Shown here: positions 1 through 4,563 of the stretch, piece after piece
How positions within the stretch are numbered: position 1 is the first letter of the stretch
Layout of the letters: the number at the start of each line of letters is the position of its first letter
IMG/VR virus record: IMGVR_UViG_3300045988_002953
Coordinates: 1-5,686 of that record
From: a virus
Length of the DNA: 5,686 nt
Direction: 5' to 3' (one strand)
Notes under the pieces: generated by a model
Told to the model about the DNA's origin: nothing
The model's database searches: none
What the model saw: only the letters and a program-made list of their open reading frames with translations
Translations under genes and position numbers: made by a program

Positions 1-77
1 CTAATTTGTCTTTCCAGTAGTTTCCGAAGTTGCTGCCGATGTACTGATTGTTCTTAGGCGTTGTTTCGGCTGCTGTG
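1..77. repeat. Left copy of a 77-bp exact direct terminal repeat (identical to 5610..5686). This is the overlap of a circular genome assembly; unit length is 5,609 nt.
   Basis: Base-by-base comparison: ctaatttgtctttccagtag...ggctgctgtg is identical at both window ends. A single ORF (VP2) reads continuously across the implied junction. Confidence 0.95.
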
Positions 78-841
78 TCTTTTTTTGCTTTGTTGTCACT
101 TGTTTTTTTGCCGCTGGTGTTGTTTTGGTTGAGCCATCCGGTTAAGTCTGGAAAGTCCGTTTGATAGCTGTTATAACCGCTACTGTGCTGCTCTCCGTGC
201 GAGTCTGTCCATGACCAGCTTTCCGCTTTGGTCTTGCTGTAGTTTGCTACTGTGCCGGAGATCGTCGGCATACTGGATGACTGCGTCCCGACGCTTGGCG
301 CGCTTATGCTGCTCTGTCCAATGGTCCCTTGTGCTCCGCCCGGTGTGCTTGCTCCGCCTTGCTGGTATGCGAGTATTGGATTCAACCCCGCTTTTTTCAT
401 GTCGGCCATTGCTCTTTGGTAGCTCGTGTTGCTCATACGCTCTTGCCATGCCCTGTTAGCCGCCGCTTCTGCTGAGTTGTAGGACATCGTTGCATCCTGC
501 TGGATGCGATTATAAACGCCCTGCTGGATAGCTCCCAGAGTGTTTAAGCCCAGTGCCATGAGAGAGTTCTTATCGTTTTGCTGACTCTGCATTCCTTGCG
601 CTTGTTGACTTTGCCCCAAAAAGTATTTGGCGAGTTCTTTTGTTTGGTCAACATTTACGCCGCTTTCGCCGGTCATTGTTGACCCGCTTGCGCCTTGGCT
701 TGTCTGGTATCCGCTTGAGCTTGTTGCTCCGCTGCCGGATGTGCCTTTGAGTGCGTTGAATATGCCTGTTCCGGTGTTTATGAGTGTGCTCACGCCGCCC
801 AGTAATTTTGCGCCTGTTGCTAGTGCTGCTAAAAGTGACAT
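1..841 (-). CDS. VP2: DNA pilot / minor capsid protein VP2 (phiX174 H analogue), 5' portion. It starts at ATG 841..839, runs off the left edge and continues on the circle at 5609..5596. Total length is 284 aa.
   Basis: Manual translation of the minus strand gave no stop over 280 codons: [26 protein letters not shown]...[35 protein letters not shown]...NYWKDKL. SD AAGGAG lies at 848..853, 6 nt before the ATG. A G/S/T/Q-rich N-terminus followed by an (N/E)RxxSxTxYQRxxxDxKxAGLNP-type core is what I recall for Microviridae VP2. The ORF is absent from the track only because it crosses the window edge. Confidence 0.88.
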   Translation of the reverse strand, partial: MSLLAALATGAKLLGGVSTLINTGTGIFNALKGTSGSGATSSSGYQTSQGASGSTMTGESGVNVDQTKELAKYFLGQSQQAQGMQSQQNDKNSLMALGLNTLGAIQQGVYNRIQQDATMSYNSAEAAANRAWQERMSNTSYQRAMADMKKAGLNPILAYQQGGASTPGGAQGTIGQSSISAPSVGTQSSSMPTISGTVANYSKTKAESWSWTDSHGEQHSSGYNSYQTDFPDLTGWLNQNNTSGKKTSDNKAKKDTAAETTPKNNQYIGSNFGNYWKDKL

Positions 842-862
842 TTTTTTCTCCTTTACAAGAAT

Positions 863-882
863 AGCCGGGTTTTGACCCGGCT
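863..882 (-). terminator. Stem-loop in the 46-nt VP1-VP2 intergenic gap. Candidate partial terminator/attenuator or mRNA stabiliser.
   Basis: agccgggt (863..870) pairs perfectly with acccggct (875..882) around a 4-nt loop. In minus sense it sits 5 nt after the VP1 stop and is followed by AUUCUUGU, an imperfect U tract. Confidence 0.45.
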
Positions 883-887
883 TTGTA

Positions 888-2549
888 TTAGTGATGGTCG
901 ATGAGTCCCGGAATGGAGTACACCGGCATACACCGCGTTGTCTTGTTCATGAAGTAGAAGTCTGCAATAAAGTCCGGCTGAGCCTGTACCGCAAGAGTCC
1001 GCTTCATTTCGGCTTCGCCCTGTTCCATCCAAGCCGTGCTCAGTGTGGGAAGCGCGTTGTAGTCCTGTGCATAGTGCCATGCATCGAGACTTTGTTGTGC
1101 GTTGCTTCTGAACAGTCCGGTAACCTTGCTCGGCTTATACCGATAGTCGGCCCATGCTTCCTGATAGCCGAATGCTTCATCGTCCTTTGTGTTGCCCTGT
1201 GCATAGATTTCTTTGTTGAGGATCGCTTGTTCGCCGATGTTTGCCAGTACCGGCCAGTAGTAATCATATCGGCCTTTGCGGCTCCACATGCGTTCGATAC
1301 CCTGCTGATAGGTCTGGTCGGTGCGGACGACTGCCAGACCCATGATGAGACCATGCTCAGTAAAGGACTTGGTAAACATAGGTTTGTTCATGGTGGTTAC
1401 ACTCAACGCCGCTGTGTTGCCCAGCGGACTCGTGCCGTCGGTCGAAGAGGTCTGGATAACCTGAGACACGTTGATAGGCAGTCTGTAGCCGCCCAGATAT
1501 TCCGGAATCTGCATACGAGAGTCAGGAGAGATAACTCCGAAGTGCTCGCGCAGTACCTCGCGGTATCTCGTGCCGCCGCGTGCGTCTTTTTCCAGCAGTT
1601 TCTGAATCTGGAATGCCTGTCTCAGCTGGTTGATGGTTGCTGCTGTTACTGCTCCAAGGTCTGCGCCGATGTATGCGTAACTGCTTGTTTCTTGCGTTAC
1701 CGGGTTTCCAAAGCTGTATCCGCTTTTTGTTGCTCCTCTCATCCTTGCGTCTGAGCTTTCGCTCTGGATTAAGCCCGCTTCGTTCCCTCCCCATGTCCAG
1801 GGACTGCTGTAGGTATCGCCTTTTTTGATGGACGTTGCCGGTTTTGTCATTTCTTCGTCGAGATATGTTTTGATTGGCGCGTTACCGCTCAGCGGTATGG
1901 TGATCGGCTCGCCTTTCTGAGGCTCCGGCAAAGCTCCGGTGTAGTAGTCAAACACCTTCGCTGCCTTGAGAGGCTTTGCCAACGTGATAGCGCTGTCATT
2001 GGTAGCGCTGCCGTCGTTTTTGCCGGTCGTGGTTGCGTCTGTTACCTCTACGAGTGTCGGCTGCGTGACGTTTTGGTTTCTGAACCATTCGTTGTAGATG
2101 AGGCCGTATGCTCGACCGGGCAGAGCGCTCACGCTGATGCCCTCGACTTTGGTAGGCAGTCCCAGATAGTCCGCCAGCGTACCTTCCGCCCATCCGCCTG
2201 TCGGTGCCGTCACTTGCGGCACACTGTACTCCGTCTTAGGTGTCCATGCGGTTTCTTTGTTCTCGCCCATAAACTCCTTCCAGTGTTCCCATAAGAGTCG
2301 GTTTGGCACGAAAAAGAAGTAGAAATCACAAAAGGCGTTGTCCATCACCGGGAAGATTGGTGTTGCCATTCGCATCACACACGCAACATCGACTTGGTGC
2401 GTATCACCCGGTAATACTTCATCCAGATAAATCGGGATGAGTTCGCCGGTGTTAAAGGTGGTTTTGTTGTCACTGTTGCGCTGGAATCTGCTTCGGCTTA
2501 CTCCTACTTGTGGATTCTGTGCAAAGTTGTATTCACTGTTGCGGTTCAC
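888..2549 (-). CDS. VP1: Major capsid protein VP1 (F-protein family), 553 aa, GTG start.
   Basis: The N-terminus [50 protein letters not shown] is the hallmark Microviridae VP1/F motif (SRSxF...HKTTF..G.L.P....EVLPGDT). The size is typical of gokushovirus VP1. SD AAGGAGG lies at 2557..2563, 7 nt before the start. The start codon reads GTG (2549..2547). Confidence 0.97.
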   Translation of the reverse strand: MNRNSEYNFAQNPQVGVSRSRFQRNSDNKTTFNTGELIPIYLDEVLPGDTHQVDVACVMRMATPIFPVMDNAFCDFYFFFVPNRLLWEHWKEFMGENKETAWTPKTEYSVPQVTAPTGGWAEGTLADYLGLPTKVEGISVSALPGRAYGLIYNEWFRNQNVTQPTLVEVTDATTTGKNDGSATNDSAITLAKPLKAAKVFDYYTGALPEPQKGEPITIPLSGNAPIKTYLDEEMTKPATSIKKGDTYSSPWTWGGNEAGLIQSESSDARMRGATKSGYSFGNPVTQETSSYAYIGADLGAVTAATINQLRQAFQIQKLLEKDARGGTRYREVLREHFGVISPDSRMQIPEYLGGYRLPINVSQVIQTSSTDGTSPLGNTAALSVTTMNKPMFTKSFTEHGLIMGLAVVRTDQTYQQGIERMWSRKGRYDYYWPVLANIGEQAILNKEIYAQGNTKDDEAFGYQEAWADYRYKPSKVTGLFRSNAQQSLDAWHYAQDYNALPTLSTAWMEQGEAEMKRTLAVQAQPDFIADFYFMNKTTRCMPVYSIPGLIDHH

Positions 2550-3022
2550 TCTGCTTCCTCCTTTTTCTCTGTTGCGTTTTTAGCCGGCTTTTCTTCCTTC
2601 AGGAGTCCCATTTTATCGGCCCATTCTGTCGTGCCGTAGGCCATGACGTATTTTTCCACGTCGTTGTCCCATTTGTTTTTGATTTCGATAGGCAGCTTGT
2701 CAAACTCCGCTTCCGCGTCTTTGATACGCCCATACCACTCGTGGTAGTTTGTCGGCGCGTCCGAAATATCGGTCATCGTCTCGCTGGTCTGCCAGTCCTG
2801 ACTGCCCAGTGCAGTCGGGTCATACGTTGCCCGCTTGATGATGTTTTCGATTTTGGTTTCATCCAGACGGCTCTGGATGAGTGCATAGACGTCCGTTTCT
2901 CCGGTTTTTACCAGCTCCCGGCCTTCTTCCGTTACCTTGTACTCATACTCAGGTTCATGGCCGTTGCCGGTCAGGCTCGTATGCCTTACCTGCCCGCTGT
3001 ATGCGCTCCTAAATTCACTCAT
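2546..3022 (-). CDS. VP3: Internal scaffolding protein VP3, 158 aa (internal start of the 231-aa track ORF).
   Basis: The start is ATG 3022..3020, with a GAGGG SD about 8 nt upstream. Sequence: MSEFRSAYSG...AEAEFDKLPIEIKNKWDNDVEKYV...[16 protein letters not shown]. The FxxLPxEI(R/K)xKFxNDxExF-like block and acidic tail match my memory of gokushovirus VP3. The 73 codons upstream in the track ORF are S/R/T-rich junk that overlaps ORF80 in another frame. Confidence 0.8.
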   Translation of the reverse strand: MSEFRSAYSGQVRHTSLTGNGHEPEYEYKVTEEGRELVKTGETDVYALIQSRLDETKIENIIKRATYDPTALGSQDWQTSETMTDISDAPTNYHEWYGRIKDAEAEFDKLPIEIKNKWDNDVEKYVMAYGTTEWADKMGLLKEEKPAKNATEKKEEAE

Positions 3023-3257
3023 TGGGCTTGCCCTCACATACGCACGTGTTGACGTTATCGACGATTTCGCCTGTCTCGTCCTCCATGGTGCAGATGTAGT
3101 GCAGCCGGAAGTCTTCCGGCTTGACGCTGATAAAGCTGTCCTTGTTCTTCTGCTGGCTTTCGAAGAGCCTGCTTGCGACTGCGTCGTTCTGTTGTTCGAA
3201 GAGTCCGCTATAGCTCTTGGCCACTTTGTCGTAAATTGCATAGTATCTTTTCAGCAT
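3015..3257 (-). CDS. Small non-structural protein, 80 aa, function unknown (possibly VP5-like).
   Basis: The ATG 3257..3255 shares one base with the upstream TAA (TAATG). The stop overlaps the VP3 start (ATGAGTGA). Composition is coding-like. The N-terminus MLKRYYAIYDKVAKSYSGLFEQQNDAVASRLF resembles, from memory only, small 'nonstructural' proteins annotated in gokushovirus genomes. Confidence 0.7.
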   Translation of the reverse strand: MLKRYYAIYDKVAKSYSGLFEQQNDAVASRLFESQQKNKDSFISVKPEDFRLHYICTMEDETGEIVDNVNTCVCEGKPNE

Positions 3258-3376
3258 TACAGTCTCGTGCCTCCTCGCATGTTTTTCGGGCTTACGTTGA
3301 CGGCCTTGGTTTTCTTTGCCGTCTGGGTAAACACTTTCGTGTCTTTCGACTTTTTGACCTTACTCCGCTTCGCCAT
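3257..3376 (-). CDS. Small basic DNA-binding/packaging protein (phiX174 J / chlamydiaphage ORF8-like), 39 aa.
   Basis: The internal Met of the 90-aa track ORF gives MAKRSKVKKSKDTKVFTQTAKKTKAVNVSPKNMRGGTRL. It has 13 K/R in 39 residues. The C-terminal MRGGxRL matches the conserved end of gokushovirus J-like proteins as I recall them. SD AAGGAG lies at 3385..3390, 8 nt upstream of the ATG at 3376. Confidence 0.8.
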   Translation of the reverse strand: MAKRSKVKKSKDTKVFTQTAKKTKAVNVSPKNMRGGTRL

Positions 3377-3587
3377 TGTTGATTCTCCTTCTGATTTGTT
3401 CCATTTCAATGTCTTTCGCAAAAGCCTTTTTGCGGAATGCCATATCGATGTAAAACTTGGCGTCCTCGATTGTGGCGGCTTTGCATACATGTTTGTACGT
3501 TGTTTCGATTTCTTTGTAGGTTCTTGCAAGCATTTCTGCTAGTGTTTTGTCGGGCTGGTCTCGCACATTCCATGTTTTGGTCGTCAT
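3360..3587 (-). CDS. Hypothetical protein, 75 aa, probably helical.
   Basis: ATG 3587..3585 is preceded by SD AAGGAG (3593..3598). The 3' end overlaps the J-like gene start by 17 nt. I recognise no family. Confidence 0.7.
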   Translation of the reverse strand: MTTKTWNVRDQPDKTLAEMLARTYKEIETTYKHVCKAATIEDAKFYIDMAFRKKAFAKDIEMEQIRRRINNGEAE

Positions 3588-3745
3588 GGTTACTCCTTCG
3601 GCTGGTTGCCTTCTACTGCGTGGTAAATCTTATCCAGCATGGCTAAGATCTTGCGTATGTTGTTAAACAGCGCGTTAATCTCCTTGAAGGTCAGAGCGGT
3701 TCACCTCTTTCTAAAAATTATTTTGTATAAATGTTTTTGTAAAAT

Positions 3746-3759
3746 AGCACTTCTGTGCT
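3746..3759 (-). terminator. Weak stem-loop after ORF59.
   Basis: The minus-sense sequence is AGCAC-agaa-GTGCT followed by AUUUUAC. The stem is only 5 bp. Confidence 0.25.
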
Positions 3760-3771
3760 GTTTAACCTTGT

Positions 3772-3951
3772 TTATTGCTCTACCCAATTTTCCGGGTCGA
3801 GTGCTGCCGTTGTGCCTAGCAGCTCTTTATTGATGCGGTAGCATCCTCCATTGCTCTGGTTAATAACGTATCTGTATTTTGCGGTATCGTAGGAGCCGAT
3901 TTCTTCTAGCTCCCTCAAGGCTTTGACACTCAGACGATTGATGGTATTCAT
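3772..3951 (-). CDS. Hypothetical protein, 59 aa. It is the first gene after the promoter and falls below the ORF-track size cutoff.
   Basis: Manual translation: MNTINRLSVKALRELEEIGSYDTAKYRYVINQSNGGCYRINKELLGTTAALDPENWVEQ*. An SD-like AAGGGGG (3959..3965) lies 7 nt before ATG 3951..3949. Base composition is balanced and coding-like, unlike the AT-rich flanks. The gene sits about 18-20 nt downstream of the predicted transcription start. Confidence 0.55.
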   Translation of the reverse strand: MNTINRLSVKALRELEEIGSYDTAKYRYVINQSNGGCYRINKELLGTTAALDPENWVEQ

Positions 3952-3975
3952 CTCTATACCCCCTTCTTTATCTGC

Positions 3976-4004
3976 ATTATACCACAGATTTTTCGATTTG
4001 TCAT
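3976..4004 (-). promoter_or_regulatory. Near-consensus sigma70/sigmaA-type promoter with an extended -10.
   Basis: The minus strand reads ATGACA (4004..3999), a 17-nt spacer, then TGG-TATAAT (3984..3976). That is 5/6 for the -35, a perfect -10 and a TGn extension. An A/T-rich tract (AAAATAAAAAGTTTCAGAAAA) lies upstream. It faces ORF59 and the whole gene chain. Confidence 0.6.
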
Positions 4005-4113
4005 GAGGTTTTCTGAAACTTTTTATTTTAGGTCATGTGGTAGGCGCGGTGCGCCGTGCGAAGAGCATGACGCAACTTTTCGGTTTCGCTCGCCGGACGG
4101 CCTTTATTTGCTT

Positions 4114-4140
4114 TTTCAACACTTTCAACACTTTCAACAG
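4114..4140 (+). repeat. Three tandem 9-bp repeats: TTTCAACAC, TTTCAACAC, TTTCAACAG.
   Basis: Read directly: 4114..4122, 4123..4131 and 4132..4140. Confidence 0.95.
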
Positions 4141-4141
4141 G

Positions 4142-4150
4142 TTTTCCACA
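4142..4150 (+). promoter_or_regulatory. DnaA-box-like 9-mer TTTTCCACA (8/9 to TTATCCACA).
   Basis: It directly abuts the third 9-bp repeat. It shares the TCCACAAAA extension with the perfect box at 4206. Confidence 0.45.
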
Positions 4151-4187
4151 AAATGTTGCACAAAGGTTTTTGTGTATATTGCTACAT

Positions 4188-4205
4188 TTTCAACATTTTA
4201 ACAAG
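4188..4205 (+). repeat. Further repeat units TTTCAACAT plus a degenerate TTTAACAAG.
   Basis: Read directly, in the same orientation as the other copies. A further variant, ATCAACA, lies at 4220..4226. Confidence 0.8.
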
Positions 4206-4281
4206 TTATCCACAAAAATATCAACATTAAAATAATCCAAAAAATATCGTTCCAAGGATAAAAATTCATAGTATTCAACAT
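4198..4281 (-). CDS. Speculative 27-aa hydrophobic peptide, MLNTMNFYPWNDIFWIILMLIFLWITC.
   Basis: SD AGGGAG (4289..4294) lies 7 nt before ATG 4281..4279, and the stop is TAA 4200..4198. The reading frame is built from the repeat units and the DnaA box themselves, so it may be a by-product of those motifs. Confidence 0.2.
   Translation of the reverse strand: MLNTMNFYPWNDIFWIILMLIFLWITC
4206..4214 (+). promoter_or_regulatory. Perfect consensus DnaA box TTATCCACA.
   Basis: It is an exact 9/9 match to the classical DnaA box. It has the same orientation as the 8/9 box 64 bp upstream, and both are followed by AAA(A). Confidence 0.5.
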
Positions 4282-4289
4282 TTCAACAC
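4272..4289 (+). repeat. Two more tandem 9-bp repeat units: TATTCAACA, TTTCAACAC.
   Basis: Read directly. This brings the count to six perfect TTCAACA cores within 4115..4288, all in one orientation. Confidence 0.9.
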
Positions 4290-4293
4290 TCCC

Positions 4294-4308
4294 TACTACT
4301 ACTACTAC
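4294..4308. repeat. (TAC)5 microsatellite.
   Basis: tactactactactac was read directly. Confidence 0.95.
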
Positions 4309-4313
4309 AACAA

Positions 4314-4341
4314 GTTATATATAATAGATGATGTTTGTAAA
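4314..4341 (-). promoter_or_regulatory. Second, weaker candidate promoter.
   Basis: The minus strand reads TTTACA (4341..4336), a 16-nt spacer, then TATAAC (4319..4314). Both hexamers score 5/6. It would transcribe through the repeat/DnaA-box array. Confidence 0.3.
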
Positions 4342-4382
4342 TACACGTGCGTGCGTGCGCGTTTCGCGCGTGCGTGCGCGTG
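4341..4382. repeat. GC-rich alternating purine-pyrimidine tract containing a 13-bp direct repeat CGTGCGTGCGCGT (4350..4362 and 4369..4381).
   Basis: 4341..4362 (22 nt) and 4365..4382 (18 nt) alternate Pu/Py perfectly and are separated by TT. The central GCGCG-ttt-CGCGC (4357..4369) can form a small hairpin. Confidence 0.9.
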
Positions 4383-4405
4383 AGCGTAATTGAGCCTATG
4401 ATTTG

Positions 4406-4435
4406 CCTCGTACCTCGGTAGCCCCTACGAGGGGC
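4406..4435. other. Two mutually exclusive hairpins.
   Basis: The first is CCTCGTA (4406..4412) paired with TACGAGG (4426..4432) around a 13-nt loop. The second is GCCCC (4421..4425) paired with GGGGC (4431..4435) around a 5-nt loop. They share bases 4426..4432. Confidence 0.5.
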
Positions 4436-4443
4436 GTACACGA

Positions 4444-4484
4444 AAGGGGTCTCCCGTGGCGACAGGAGACCCTTTCTTGTTTTT
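4444..4484. terminator. Strong GC hairpin with flanking A and T tracts (intrinsic-terminator-like).
   Basis: GGGTCTCC (4447..4454) pairs with GGAGACCC (4465..4472), extendable by A-T/G-T pairs at 4444..4446 with 4473..4475. On the plus strand it is followed by TTTCTTGTTTTT. In minus sense (downstream of rep) the U tract is only CUUUCG. Confidence 0.5.
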
Positions 4485-4526
4485 ATGATGCTTTTAATTA
4501 GCCGTGGATAGCTATGAAACTTGGGT

Positions 4527-4563
4527 GTGGGCCTAATCCTCTTCTTGACAGGATTAGGCCCAC
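4527..4563. terminator. 14-bp perfect-stem hairpin whose stem begins 10 nt after the rep stop.
   Basis: gtgggcctaatcct (4527..4540) pairs perfectly with aggattaggcccac (4550..4563) around a 9-nt loop, cttcttgac. There is no good U tract in either sense, so it may be a structural ssDNA element rather than a classical terminator. Confidence 0.45.

Noticed and set aside
1-77. Terminal direct repeats as biological DTRs, or as ends of a mobile element or linear phage.
   Set aside because: Microviridae genomes are circular ssDNA. The repeat is exact and a single ORF reads straight through the join, so it is an assembly overlap.
180-449. 89-aa minus-strand ORF ([12 protein letters not shown]...).
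   Set aside because: It lies entirely inside VP2 in another frame. It is an Arg/His/Ser-rich, junk-like translation, and I saw no SD.
3023-3241. N-terminal 73 codons of the 231-aa track ORF as part of VP3.
   Set aside because: The S/R/T-rich low-complexity translation overlaps ORF80 out of frame. The internal ATG at 3022 has an SD and yields a typical 158-aa VP3.
3377-3529. N-terminal 51 codons of the 90-aa track ORF.
   Set aside because: They overlap ORF75 out of frame. Only the terminal 39 codons have an SD and the J-like signature.
2546-3703. TGA recoding (Spiroplasma/Mycoplasma-type code, as in SpV4) to explain the in-frame TGA at 3703..3701.
   Set aside because: TGA is used as the genuine stop of VP3 and ORF80, and their lengths are correct under the standard code.
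3639-3833. 64-aa plus-strand ORF.
   Set aside because: It is antisense to ORF59 and the intergenic region, is AT-rich and hydrophobic by composition, and has no SD.
4003-4230. 75-aa plus-strand ORF spanning the repeat array (…LFQHFQHFQQVFHK…).
   Set aside because: There is no SD. The repetitive peptide merely reflects the tandem DNA repeats, and the ORF is on the non-coding strand.
4114-4289. The 9-bp repeats as a CRISPR array.
   Set aside because: The units are far too short, are directly tandem or irregularly spaced, and have no spacer structure.
4320-4325. Plus-strand TATAAT, with the downstream hairpin plus T tract at 4444..4484, as a promoter/terminator pair for an antisense ncRNA.
   Set aside because: No acceptable -35 (TACTAC at 17 nt) or TGn extension is present. 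The downstream 21-codon ATG frame has no SD. This is kept only as a remote possibility under the hairpin finding.
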